This document shows positions 42,128 through 51,976 of a stretch of 64,000 bases of DNA, in pieces (position 1 is the first letter of the stretch; every line of letters starts with the position of its first letter). Source of the stretch: Capsulimonadales bacterium (GTDB taxonomy: Bacteria > Armatimonadota > Armatimonadia > Armatimonadales > Armatimonadaceae); contig JANRLW010000085.1 of assembly GCA_033762295.1 (NCBI GenBank), positions 10,604 to 74,603 of the forward strand. Direction: 5' to 3'. A program made the translations under genes and the position numbers. The notes below the pieces were generated by a model that was not told where the DNA came from, did no database searches, and saw only the letters and a program-made list of their open reading frames with translations.

Positions 42128-44363
42128 TCCGCGCGCCACCCTCCGGTCGATTGCCGTACGAAACGCTTCCCCGAAGATCCCAGCGGACGACGCTCTCGAT
42201 CAGTTCCAGGCCGGTCTGCGCCGCCGTCGACACATCGAAACCGGGAGGAAAGCCCGGACCATCGTCGTCCACCGTCAGGACCGCGTCCCGGTCCTTCGTG
42301 CGGAAATCGATATCGATCGGCCCCGCCCCGTGCTTGATCGCGTTGGAGATCAGTTCGTTGGTGACCAGAGCGAGGGTCGTGGTCTGCTTTCCGGTCAGGC
42401 GTACGTCCTCGATATCCGCCCGGACCGGGCGTCCCGCGACCGTCCGTTCCGTCGCCTCCAGGAGACGTTCCAGAACGGCCTTCGCCGAGACCGTCTCCGG
42501 GTCATTTCCGGCTTTGGTCTCCTGGGTGAGAATATCGTGAATCACCGCCAGAGCGCTCACATTATGGCTCAGGTTCGCCAGTTCCGAGGCTCGCTCCCGG
42601 TTCGGTCCGGCCAGTTGCTGCAGATCGATTAAGGCGGAGATCAACTGCAGGTTGTTTTTTACACGGTGGTGGGTCTCCGTCATCGCCCGTCGCAGTTGGT
42701 GATTGAGGGCTTCCACCTCCCGATTCCGCTCTTCCAGCGCTTCCTCGATCCGTTTTCGCTCATCGATATCGAGATGGGTGCCTACCCACTTTGTCACCCT
42801 TCCCTGAGCGTCCCAAATCGGGATCGTTCGACAGGCGAACCAGCGAAACACGCCATCCCGACGCCGCAGACGGAGTTCGACCTCGATCGGCTTTCCGAGG
42901 CGTATGGCCTCTTCCCACGTTCGTCGGAGGGCGCTCATTTCGTCGGGGTGGTGCAGTCCCTCCCATCCGGACATGACAAACTCCTCGGTCGTCATTCCGG
43001 TATATTCATGCCACGCCGGGTTCTGGTAGAGGGGTGTGCCACCGGCATCGGCCATCCAGAGGTGGAGCGGAATCGCCTCGCCCAGCGTACGAAACAGCCG
43101 TTCCGACTCCTCCAGCGCCCGCCGCGCCCGAACCTGTTGCGTGATATCCCGGGCGTAGCACACCAGTCCGAATCGTCCGTCGTCGGGCAGGGTAATCCGA
43201 TCGACACGCCACTCAAAGAATCCGGTCGGCTGCCCATCGTGTCCGAACCCCTCCTCCTCGGCGCAGGCAAAGGGTTCTCCGGTATTCAGGGTGCGGCGAA
43301 AGATTTCCACGATGCGATCCGCGAAAGTCCCTTCCCAGAGCTGATGGGCGACCTCCTCGAATCCGCGGCCGATCAGGCCGCCGGAAATCTCTCCGACCGA
43401 CGCCCGGACAATCGGGTTGGCTTCGCGAACACGAAAATCCGAATCCAGCAGGTAGACGCCCAGCGGCGCCTGATTCAGCAGGGTCTCGAACTGCTGACTG
43501 CGGTTTCGGAACGCCTCCTCGGCCCGCTTCCGTTCGGTGATATCGGTCGTCACGCCGGTGACCCGCTCGGGACGCCCTTCCGGGTCCGTCCCGATATGCG
43601 ACCGGTTGGCAAGCCAGCGGACGGAGCCGTCCGGGCGGATGATTCGGTATTCGTGGGTGAAGACCTCTTTCAGGTCGAGCGACTCCCGGGTTTTTCGCCA
43701 GAGTTCCTCACGGTCCTCGGGATGGACCATCGCATCGAATGCTTGCACGGTGGGCACGAACGTTTCCGGATCGACGCCGAAGACCGGGTAGGTTTCCGGC
43801 GACCAGCGGATCGTCTCCTCGCCTACCCTCCATTCATACATACCGAGGTTTGCCGCCCGCAGGGCGACGGTGAGTCGTTCGCGTTCGTACGCCAGCGACC
43901 GTGCGGTCTCCGCCAGCGCCTCCTCGGTTCGGTGGTGTTCGGTGATGTCGCGGGTATGGACGGCGACATTTTCGCCCTGCGGATAGAAGGTCATCGCGAA
44001 CCGTCGTCCGAGGGTCGGCGAGATCGTTTCCAGACGAACGGGGATTCGCTCGGAGCGGGTTTGGAGAAACGCGTCCCGAATCGGCCCGTTGGCGGATTTC
44101 GGAAACAACTCCCAGGCGTTGCGTCCGATCAGGTCCTGCGGAGCGCATCCGGCCAGTCGTGCCGCCTGAGGATTGACATAGAGGTAGTTGCCCTCCGGAT
44201 CGAGCAGGACGAACGCTTCCTCCAGAGCATCGACCGTCTCGGCGATGGATCGGAGAACGTCCCCGGCGCTATCGGTGGGGCCGGACGGGTATCGGAAGGC
44301 GTTCGGAGTCGGTTCGACTTTCGTCTCGTGCGATTCGGAATTCCCCGTGGCGAAGTGAGACAT
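42102..44363 (-). CDS. Cytoplasmic multi-PAS histidine kinase (HisKA_2)
   Basis: Four PAS/PAC units; ETHHRVKNNLQ, NELISNAIKHG, DDDGPG. Overlaps the convergent kinase by 26 bp. Confidence 0.92.
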   Translation of the reverse strand: MSHFATGNSESHETKVEPTPNAFRYPSGPTDSAGDVLRSIAETVDALEEAFVLLDPEGNYLYVNPQAARLAGCAPQDLIGRNAWELFPKSANGPIRDAFLQTRSERIPVRLETISPTLGRRFAMTFYPQGENVAVHTRDITEHHRTEEALAETARSLAYERERLTVALRAANLGMYEWRVGEETIRWSPETYPVFGVDPETFVPTVQAFDAMVHPEDREELWRKTRESLDLKEVFTHEYRIIRPDGSVRWLANRSHIGTDPEGRPERVTGVTTDITERKRAEEAFRNRSQQFETLLNQAPLGVYLLDSDFRVREANPIVRASVGEISGGLIGRGFEEVAHQLWEGTFADRIVEIFRRTLNTGEPFACAEEEGFGHDGQPTGFFEWRVDRITLPDDGRFGLVCYARDITQQVRARRALEESERLFRTLGEAIPLHLWMADAGGTPLYQNPAWHEYTGMTTEEFVMSGWEGLHHPDEMSALRRTWEEAIRLGKPIEVELRLRRRDGVFRWFACRTIPIWDAQGRVTKWVGTHLDIDERKRIEEALEERNREVEALNHQLRRAMTETHHRVKNNLQLISALIDLQQLAGPNRERASELANLSHNVSALAVIHDILTQETKAGNDPETVSAKAVLERLLEATERTVAGRPVRADIEDVRLTGKQTTTLALVTNELISNAIKHGAGPIDIDFRTKDRDAVLTVDDDGPGFPPGFDVSTAAQTGLELIESVVRWDLRGSVSYGNRPEGGARIIVRFPRS

Positions 44364-44546
44364 CGCGGCAAATTGTGTCGAAAACCGACACACCCCTCCC
44401 TCTTTGACGCTTACCCAGTATTCTAGCGTCTATAAATATACCCGACAATTGAATATATCTTTCTTTTGCTCCGACGGGCCATTTCGCTCGTCCCCGGTCT
44501 GAGCAGGACCAACAGGGGGTGTCCGGAGGGTATATTGGAGATCGAC

Positions 44547-44867
44547 ATGGTCGTACATTTTTTCGTCTGTATCAACCGCCGCCCGGATGGGTCACCGCTC
44601 CCCTGCTGCGCGGCACGGGGCGGGGAGGATCTGCTGGCAGCGTTCCGACAGGAGTTCGCCCGGCGCGGTTACCCGCATGGCGTCAAGGTGAGCGGCGCCA
44701 CCTGTCTGACCTCCTGCCAGTGTGGTCCGACGGTCGTGGCCTACCCGGAAGGCATCTGGTACGGCGGCGTTACGCCGGAGGATATCGGTGACCTGTTCGA
44801 CGCGCACCTTAACGGAAAGGGGCCGGTCGAACGGCTTCGACTTCCGCCGGAGGTTCAGGTCTGGTAG
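44547..44867 (+). CDS. Thioredoxin-like [2Fe-2S] ferredoxin
   Basis: FVCINRR...CCAARG, TCLTSCQCGPTVVAYPEGIWY. Confidence 0.9.
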   Translation: MVVHFFVCINRRPDGSPLPCCAARGGEDLLAAFRQEFARRGYPHGVKVSGATCLTSCQCGPTVVAYPEGIWYGGVTPEDIGDLFDAHLNGKGPVERLRLPPEVQVW

Positions 44868-44909
44868 CCTCCTCCGGTTCCTTTGGCGTTCGCGACGGGG
44901 CGCGTTCTC

Positions 44910-47051
44910 CTAATACGGACGGAGCAACTTCACTGTCACCTGGCTGCGCGTTCCGGCACGGTTCGGGTCCCCGAGCAGGATAAAGATATCGTTGCCGCTG
45001 CGGACTCGCTGCGAATAGGCCAGGTACAGGTTCGTTCCCTTGAGGACGCCGATCGTCTGCGCCGGATTGGTGTTTTTTCCGTCCTGACGCAGCAGCCGTC
45101 CGCTGATCGTTCGAGCGGAATCGAGACGGTACGTTCCGGTTACGATCGTCTGGGAGGTCGTTTCGCTGCCCAGAATCTGTTGACTGGCTTCCAGTCGCAC
45201 GGTCAACGGCCGTCGCAGCAGGAAATCCTGTTGCACCTGCAGAAACCGGCTCGGCTCGCCCGCCGCTTTCCCGCGACCGATACTGAAGCCGCCTCCCTGA
45301 AACTGCGTCCGCTGGTTCCACCAGAAACCCGTCTGCATATCGTAGTCCTGATAGTAGCTTTCGAGATCCTGTTGACGGTGATCGCGCGACCCTCCCAGTT
45401 CGATACCGTATCCCCGACGGGTTTGCAGGTAGGAGCCGACGTAGAAGGAACGCCGGAAAAAGCCGCCGTCCCGCCGACGATACAGTTCGATCGCCGTATT
45501 GGCCTCGTAAAACTCGATCGGCCCACGGTCGAAGTTATTGAACTGAAAGGCGCTCGCCGACCACCCGCGCCGATTTCGCTCCGGAACGAATCCCAGGTCG
45601 CTGATAAAATCCGAGGCGATCGTGTTATAGCTCACACGGAATCCGGGGATTCCCGGCATTCCGTGGAGACGGAAGTGGACGTTTTCGGAACGGCCGCGCG
45701 CCGCGCCCGCCACCCAGGATTGCGCGGCATTGCCCTCCACACTGAACCGGTTCCTCCCCTGCCGCCAGCCGTAGGTTCCATAGATCCTGCCGACCCGGTT
45801 GGAGGAAGCCGTTTCCCGATTGTCCCCCGCCGCCGAAAAACCGAACCGCGAGAGCGGGCCGACATCCCGGCCCAGATTCAGAGCGTAGGATGTCCGTTCC
45901 TTCCCCGCCTGCTGCCGCGCCGACATCACCAACCCGACCGTGTTGACCCCGTTCTTCCCGGCGATCTTGATTCCCTCGTCCAGCGTGTCGATCCGCCGAG
46001 AATAGAAGAGTTCCGGCGCGGGGAGAAACTCGGCCCCCTCGGCGAAGAACGGTCGCCGATCCTCGACGAATCGCTCGTTGTACGAAAAGTTAATCCCGGT
46101 CACCTCCTGCTCGATCGTCCGGAAGTCCGGATTCACGGTCAGCAGTCCGGTCAGCGTCGTGGACAGCGGGTACTTGACGTCCAGTCCCTGTCGGGCCAGG
46201 GAACCGTCGCCGGCGGTCGCCAGCAGATAGGGCAGAATGGTCGGTCGGGGCGCGAAAAACGGCGGATTCAGACCGTGGAAATCGTTCAGATACTGAATCC
46301 GGTTTTCCCACGACTGTCCCTCCGGCGGAAGGTAGGGCCAGCACTCCGGGTTCGTTTCCCGCGCCAGTCGGCGAAGCAGCAGGATACCGAAGGCCGTCGC
46401 GCCGCGCGGGTAGCGCAGCAGTCGGAACGGAATCGCCACTTCGCAGGTCCAGCCATCCGCCGTTCGGACCGCTGCCGCCTTCCAGTCACCCGCCCAGGTG
46501 ATGTTCCCGGCCGTTCCGCCTTCCAGTTCCTCCGTCTGCGTGCCGTTGGCGGACACTGCGAAGATCGATGCCTGACGCCGAGTGTTCTGACTGTCCAGCA
46601 GAATCGTGATATGGTCGTCATTGTCCAGGTCGCCCCCTCGCTGCGTTTCGTTCGTACGAATCAGTTCGGGTTTACTGTCGAGGCAGTGGAACGCGATATA
46701 GAGGTAACGCTGGTCCGTACCGATCCAGGCTTCGGTCTGCTCGGTGACCGGCGCGCTGCTGCCGAACCGGTAAAATCCGCTCGCACGCGTTGCGTTGCGC
46801 CAGCACTCCTCCTCGATCCGGCCGTCGAGAACCGGAGCCTCGGAAAAGGTGGCGACGGCGATCCGCTGACGGGTCCAGGTTCCGGTCGGTACGGAAGGCG
46901 CGGGGATTTGCTTTGCCAGCAGGGAGCCGGGGGACTTTCCCGCAGCGGAGTCCTCCGCCCGAACGGGCATCGCTCCGAGCAGGATCAGGATTAGCGGCGG
47001 CAGATATGCCGACCACGGACGCAGGGACAGGAAACCATGAATTCTCTTCAT
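44910..47051 (-). CDS. CBM9-like domain plus DUF5916 outer-membrane protein
   Basis: PVLDGRIEEECW, LYIAFHC, GWTCEVAIPF; TVNPDF, EDRRPFFAEG, LFYSRRI; beta-strand C-terminus. Confidence 0.82.
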   Translation of the reverse strand: MKRIHGFLSLRPWSAYLPPLILILLGAMPVRAEDSAAGKSPGSLLAKQIPAPSVPTGTWTRQRIAVATFSEAPVLDGRIEEECWRNATRASGFYRFGSSAPVTEQTEAWIGTDQRYLYIAFHCLDSKPELIRTNETQRGGDLDNDDHITILLDSQNTRRQASIFAVSANGTQTEELEGGTAGNITWAGDWKAAAVRTADGWTCEVAIPFRLLRYPRGATAFGILLLRRLARETNPECWPYLPPEGQSWENRIQYLNDFHGLNPPFFAPRPTILPYLLATAGDGSLARQGLDVKYPLSTTLTGLLTVNPDFRTIEQEVTGINFSYNERFVEDRRPFFAEGAEFLPAPELFYSRRIDTLDEGIKIAGKNGVNTVGLVMSARQQAGKERTSYALNLGRDVGPLSRFGFSAAGDNRETASSNRVGRIYGTYGWRQGRNRFSVEGNAAQSWVAGAARGRSENVHFRLHGMPGIPGFRVSYNTIASDFISDLGFVPERNRRGWSASAFQFNNFDRGPIEFYEANTAIELYRRRDGGFFRRSFYVGSYLQTRRGYGIELGGSRDHRQQDLESYYQDYDMQTGFWWNQRTQFQGGGFSIGRGKAAGEPSRFLQVQQDFLLRRPLTVRLEASQQILGSETTSQTIVTGTYRLDSARTISGRLLRQDGKNTNPAQTIGVLKGTNLYLAYSQRVRSGNDIFILLGDPNRAGTRSQVTVKLLRPY

Positions 47052-47210
47052 AACCCACTCTCAGGACCACACCGACCCCGACCGAATCATCCTTTACACT
47101 GTCGCGGCGGCCTGTTGAAATGGTAAATACCGCCCGGATACTATATCCGTCTCCCGCCGTTCCGGCACCTTGTTTTGTTGAAAATTGTCTGCTTATTCCC
47201 AGGGTTTCTC

Positions 47211-47759
47211 ATGCCACTCTCCTCTCCCCGCCTGATCGTTATCACCGGTATCATGGCCTCCGGAAAATCGACGGTCGCCCAGGGAATCGCGGAACGCCTG
47301 CCGCGAAGCGTCCATCTGCGCGGCGACCTGTTTCGCCGCCTGATCGTCAACGGTCGCGCCGAGATGTGTGCCGAGTTGACACCGGAAGCCCTGTCCCAGT
47401 TGCGGTTCCGCTACCGCATCGCCGCCACGGTGGCGGAGGAATACCTGGCAGCGGGTTTCGATGTCGTCTATCAGGATATCCTGATCGGCGCCGGGCTATC
47501 GGACGCCATCGCCCGCCTACGGCATCCGTTGCTGTATGTCGTGGTCCTCTGTCCGCAAATCCATGCCGTCACCGCCCGTGAGGCCGGACGCGCCAAAACC
47601 GGATATCGATCCGAAACGGAAATAGCCGCGTTCGACCGTATCCTGCGTCGGGAAACACCCACCGTCGGATACTGGATCGACTCGACCGACCTGACACCCT
47701 CCGAGACCGTGGAGGATGTGCTGGCGAATCTTGATCGTGCGCGCATCGATCGTACTTGA
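47211..47759 (+). CDS. P-loop (AAA/phosphotransferase-like) kinase
   Basis: LIVITGIMASGKSTVA, VHLRGDLFRR. Confidence 0.8.
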   Translation: MPLSSPRLIVITGIMASGKSTVAQGIAERLPRSVHLRGDLFRRLIVNGRAEMCAELTPEALSQLRFRYRIAATVAEEYLAAGFDVVYQDILIGAGLSDAIARLRHPLLYVVVLCPQIHAVTAREAGRAKTGYRSETEIAAFDRILRRETPTVGYWIDSTDLTPSETVEDVLANLDRARIDRT

Positions 47760-47800
47760 CAGCCGCTCCGAAACGCGGTAATAATTAGACAATTGGCTAA
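47756..47800 (+). promoter_or_regulatory. Promoter plus palindromic ArsR-family operator
   Basis: TTGACA at 47756, -10-like TAATAA/AATAAT at ~47779-47785, near-perfect palindrome TTAGACAATTGGCTAA (47785-47800). Confidence 0.65.
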
Positions 47801-47815
47801 ATATCTTATCGAACC

Positions 47816-48112
47816 ATGAAGACCGGTATCGCGTTCAAAGCCCTCGCCGACCCGACCCGGCGCGAGATTCTCCGCCTGCTGGATGGCGGTGAGAAGACCG
47901 CCGGGCAACTGGCCGCCCACTTCCCGATCGCCGCCGCCTCGATGTCCCATCATTTCAGCCTGCTCAAACAGGCCGATCTGGTGACGACCCGTCGGGACGG
48001 TCAGCAGATCGTCTACTCCCTGAACACGACCGTTTTTCAGGATGTGGTTCGTCTTCTGCTCGATATCGCCCCGCGCGCGGCGCGTTCGGCTGACGAGGAA
48101 GCAAAACCATGA
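47816..48112 (+). CDS. sdpR: ArsR/SmtB-family repressor (SdpR-like)
   Basis: FKALADPTRREILRLL, TAG, MSHHF..LKQADLV, GQQIVYSLNTTVFQD. Confidence 0.8.
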   Translation: MKTGIAFKALADPTRREILRLLDGGEKTAGQLAAHFPIAAASMSHHFSLLKQADLVTTRRDGQQIVYSLNTTVFQDVVRLLLDIAPRAARSADEEAKP

Positions 48113-48747
48113 GCGCACGCCTTGCCACCTATCTTCTGGCCCTGTCGATTCTGCTGACGGCGGGAATCTCCTTCGTCCTGTATCCGATCCTTCCGGATCG
48201 ACTGCCGGTCCACTGGGACTGGCTCGGTCGGCCCGACGGATGGGCGGACAAGGGGGTCGCCGCCTTTCTGATCCCTAATCTGACCGCCGCCCTGTTGCTG
48301 CTGATGCATCTTCTGCCCCGTTTCTCCCCGAAACGGCTTTCCATCGAAGCGTTTGCGGAGACGTACTATTATGTCTTTGCGCTGATCGGCGGACTGATGA
48401 TGCATCTGCATGCGATGACGCTGCTCGGGGGACTGATGCCGGACCGGGACTGGTCGCGCTGCCTGTTGACCGGCCTGTTTCTCTTCTTCGGGCTTCTCGG
48501 AAACCTTCTCGGAAAGGTCCGCCGCAACCTCTGGGTCGGAATCCGGACTCCCTGGTCGCTGGCGAGCGATTCGATCTGGAACGCCACGCATCGTCTGGCC
48601 GCACGCCTGATGACCGGGCTGTGTTTTCTCGCCATCCTTCTTCTCTGGCTGGGCGCCTCCCCGGCGGTCGGACTGGTTCTACTTGGCGTCGCCGTGATCG
48701 CTCCGGTCGTTTATTCCTATCTTCTCTTCCGACGGGAGCGGGGATAA
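48109..48747 (+). CDS. sdpI: SdpI family membrane immunity protein (DUF1648 + SdpI)
   Basis: LPDRLPVHW..PDGW, GNLLGKVRRNLWVGIRTPWSL...WNATHR; ATGA overlap with the repressor. Confidence 0.85.
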   Translation: MSARLATYLLALSILLTAGISFVLYPILPDRLPVHWDWLGRPDGWADKGVAAFLIPNLTAALLLLMHLLPRFSPKRLSIEAFAETYYYVFALIGGLMMHLHAMTLLGGLMPDRDWSRCLLTGLFLFFGLLGNLLGKVRRNLWVGIRTPWSLASDSIWNATHRLAARLMTGLCFLAILLLWLGASPAVGLVLLGVAVIAPVVYSYLLFRRERG

Positions 48748-48778
48748 CCGATCTCCGTCGGTCCGGTTATAATAGGGC

Positions 48779-49759
48779 ATGGAACCGCTCCGTCTCGTCT
48801 GTCTTTCCCGTCCCGATGCCGGCCTGACCGAGGCTCTGACCGAGGCGCTCGCCGCCCTCGGAGACTCGGTCCGCCTGTCGTTCGTCGCGCCCGAGGACGC
48901 GGTCGACGATCCGGAGATCCGCCGTGCCGACGGCATTCTCTGCGGCACGCTTCCCCCCGAAGTTCGGGCGGTGGCCTCCCGTCTGCGCTGGGTCCAGTTC
49001 TGGTCCGCCGGGTTGGATGGCAAACTGTTTCCCGAACTGTTCGAGGGAGGTGTCCTGGTCACCAGCGGGGCCGGTATTCATGAGGCGTCCGCCAGCGAGC
49101 ATGTTCTGGCGATGATGCTGGCGTTCGCCCGCGGGCTTCCGCAGGCGTTCGCGGCGCAACAGCGGAAGGATTGGTCGGCCCGCCGGACGATCTACGACCA
49201 GGTCTTCGAACTGCAGGGAAAGACGGTCGGTATCGTCGGCGCGGGGAAGATCGGTCAGGCGATCGGCGTCCGCTGTCAGGCGTTCGGTATGAAAACGGTG
49301 GGAACGCGCCGTGATCCGTCCGTGCCGACGCCCGGAATCGATGTCCTTCTCTCCCACATTCAGTACCACGACCTGATTCTGTCGTCGGATTTTATCGTCC
49401 TCGCGCTTCCGTTGACCCCGCAGACGCGAATGATCTTCGGCGAGGACGAGATCGAGATTCTCCGAAAAGGCACCTATCTGTTCAATATCGGGCGGGGCGG
49501 GTTGATCGACGAACGGTGGGTGTATCGCGCGCTGAAAAACGGATGGCTGGCCGGGGCGGGTCTCGACGTCTTTGCCGAGGAGCCGTTGCCGCCCGATTCG
49601 CCGTTCTGGGAACTGCCGAACTGCCTGATCACACCGCATGTCGGCGGACATACGCCGCTCTACTGGCCACGGTTCGCCCGACTGGTCGTCGCGCAGATCG
49701 CGCGTCTGCGGAACGGAGAACCTCCGGAAAATCAGGTTCGTCCGACCCTGGGTTACTGA
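48779..49759 (+). CDS. D-2-hydroxyacid dehydrogenase
   Basis: SAGLD, GIVGAGKIG, LPLTPQT, NIGRG, LDVFAEEPLP, ITPHVGG. Confidence 0.93.
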   Translation: MEPLRLVCLSRPDAGLTEALTEALAALGDSVRLSFVAPEDAVDDPEIRRADGILCGTLPPEVRAVASRLRWVQFWSAGLDGKLFPELFEGGVLVTSGAGIHEASASEHVLAMMLAFARGLPQAFAAQQRKDWSARRTIYDQVFELQGKTVGIVGAGKIGQAIGVRCQAFGMKTVGTRRDPSVPTPGIDVLLSHIQYHDLILSSDFIVLALPLTPQTRMIFGEDEIEILRKGTYLFNIGRGGLIDERWVYRALKNGWLAGAGLDVFAEEPLPPDSPFWELPNCLITPHVGGHTPLYWPRFARLVVAQIARLRNGEPPENQVRPTLGY

Positions 49760-50262
49760 ACCGGGGATGCGGCGCCGGACTGCGACGGTTCCCCGCTTCC
49801 GACCGATCGGTACTGATCATCGAGCGCCTGGCATGTCTCGAAGAGGGCGATCGCCCGACGAATCGCCGGAATCAGATCGGCATGCGCGATCGGTTTCACC
49901 AGGTAGGCGCATGCGCCCGCTTCGATGGCCTCATCGACATGCTCGACATCCCCGTAGGCGGTCAGCATGATAATCGGCAACGGATGCTCCGCCGTCAGAC
50001 GCCGTGTCGCCTCGATGCCGCTCATTCCCGGCATATTGATATCCATCAGGACGAAGTCCGGCCGCGTCGCCCGGGCCAGTTCGATCCCGGCCTGCCCCTC
50101 CTTCGCCTTTCCGACGACCTGAATGCCGGCATTCCGCAGAGTGCGCTCGAGCAGCAGAACCGTCAATGGTTCGTCCTCGCAAATTAATGCCCGTAACCCG
50201 GTCTCGATTGAGTCCGTTGTCGCGGGGGCCCCTTCGCTACCGCGTTCTTCCGTTTCCGTCAT
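49753..50262 (-). CDS. Stand-alone response regulator (PdtaR/AmiR-like REC, no ANTAR output)
   Basis: ICEDE, MDINMP, MLTAY, YLVKP, LIPAI; ends shortly after REC. Confidence 0.85.
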   Translation of the reverse strand: MTETEERGSEGAPATTDSIETGLRALICEDEPLTVLLLERTLRNAGIQVVGKAKEGQAGIELARATRPDFVLMDINMPGMSGIEATRRLTAEHPLPIIMLTAYGDVEHVDEAIEAGACAYLVKPIAHADLIPAIRRAIALFETCQALDDQYRSVGSGEPSQSGAASPVQ

Positions 50263-50548
50263 TCGCCTCATCTCCTTTTGCCTCAGCCGTTGTGATCCCC
50301 TTCCACACATAAATATTACGTAATAAATTCGACAAAGGTTGCCTTCTTCACGCGATGCAACACCCCCGGAATCTCAGGCGATCCCTTCCCGGATTCGCGG
50401 AAGTGCCGGGACTTCCGCCCTTATCTGCTAAAATAGGCAGGTTCGTCCGGGGAGAACGTTTTTTCTGACGGCCCGTGATCGCAAATCCTTCGACAATTAC
50501 CGATCCGCATCGATACTCGGGCTTCGATCCGACAAGAGGGAGGGCCGT

Positions 50549-51319
50549 ATGCCAGCCTTTCGCGCAATGACCTTTAATGTCCGACAGATGGATGGGGACG
50601 ACGGCGCCCATTCCTGGCCGTTTCGACGGCAGGCGCTCGTCCATACCCTCCGTCAGTGCCGACCCACCGTTCTCGGAACGCAGGAAACCTGGGCGGAGCA
50701 GGCCGCCTACATCCGCGAGCATCTGCCCGACCTGGGCAGTTTCGGGCGTGGACGGTACGGCGACGACCGCGACAAACACAACACCGTCTTCTTCGATCGG
50801 CATCGTCTGACCTTGCGGGCATCCGGGGAACGCTGGTTTTCCGCCACCCCGGAGGTTCCCGGTTCGCGAGCCTGGGGCATTCCCAGTCCCCGCATGGTCA
50901 CCTGGGGGCTTCTGGAATGGCGCGAGGGCGGCCTTCTCCTCGTGCTGAACACCCATTTTCCGTACCATAGCGGCGGTGAGGAGGCACGTCGCCAGTCGGC
51001 CCGCCTGGTCAGAGAAACTCTGGCCGATCATCCGTCCGATGTCCCGGCCCTCCTGCTGGGCGACTTCAATGCCCTTCCGAACGGGGAGGTGTACGACCTT
51101 CTGACACAGGACCTGACCGATACCTGGGTGGAAGCGGAGCATCGGACCGGACCGGAAGGCACGGTCCACGGGTTTGGCCGGTGGGACGGTCCGCGTATCG
51201 ACTGGATTCTGCATCGGAACTGCGGACGGGTGACACGGACGGAAATCGTCACGGCAACGTTCGACGGGTTGTATCCGTCCGACCACTATCCGGTTTACGC
51301 CGACTTCAACGACGAATAA
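50549..51319 (+). CDS. Endonuclease/exonuclease/phosphatase family protein
   Basis: MTFNVR, GTQE, NTH, GDFN, RIDWI, SDH. Confidence 0.92.
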   Translation: MPAFRAMTFNVRQMDGDDGAHSWPFRRQALVHTLRQCRPTVLGTQETWAEQAAYIREHLPDLGSFGRGRYGDDRDKHNTVFFDRHRLTLRASGERWFSATPEVPGSRAWGIPSPRMVTWGLLEWREGGLLLVLNTHFPYHSGGEEARRQSARLVRETLADHPSDVPALLLGDFNALPNGEVYDLLTQDLTDTWVEAEHRTGPEGTVHGFGRWDGPRIDWILHRNCGRVTRTEIVTATFDGLYPSDHYPVYADFNDE

Positions 51320-51331
51320 GCGTCGACGGTC

Positions 51332-51976
51332 TTACGCGCCGTCGGCGATCAGCCGGGTGAGAATCGCATGCAGAACCCGTGCGGGCGTGCCGATCGCATC
51401 TACCTGAACGATCCTCTCAGGCGCATAAAAGTCAAGAACGGGGCGAGACTCCTCCTCGTAGACACGCCATCGGCGACGAATCACCTCGTCGCTGGCGTCG
51501 TCGAGGCGGTTTTCCTTCAACGCTCGTCGACGCAGACGCTCCATCATCAGTTCCTCGTCGGAGCAGATCAGGTAGAAAATACGGCTGACGTCTATATACT
51601 TTTCGAGCATGCTCGCCTGTTCGACGTTGCGAGGGATTCCATCCAGCACGAGAAAGTCACGGGAGGGAACGAAGACATGGGTGGTGACCAGACCGTCGAT
51701 GAACGCTTCCCAGAGCGCAATCGTCGTGTCGTCCGGCACCAGCAAGCCCTTGGACGAGTACCGGATGAACTCCTGACCGATCGGGGAGGTATAATCCAGG
51801 TTCCGAAAGACATCGCCGCAGGCGACATGGACGAACCCCGGCACCGAACCGAGCGCCTTGCCCACGGTCCCTTTTCCCGCGCCGGGTGCGCCGAACAACA
51901 GGATCGACCGATAGCGCGGATGCCTCGGAGGATAGATATCGGGAACGTTCTCCGTTCCGGTCAGGGTTCCTGGCAT
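51332..51976 (-). CDS. adk: Adenylate kinase-like nucleoside monophosphate kinase (short LID)
   Basis: LFGAPGAGKGT, GDVFR, GLLVPD, LDGIPR, R.DD. Confidence 0.8.
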   Translation of the reverse strand: MPGTLTGTENVPDIYPPRHPRYRSILLFGAPGAGKGTVGKALGSVPGFVHVACGDVFRNLDYTSPIGQEFIRYSSKGLLVPDDTTIALWEAFIDGLVTTHVFVPSRDFLVLDGIPRNVEQASMLEKYIDVSRIFYLICSDEELMMERLRRRALKENRLDDASDEVIRRRWRVYEEESRPVLDFYAPERIVQVDAIGTPARVLHAILTRLIADGA

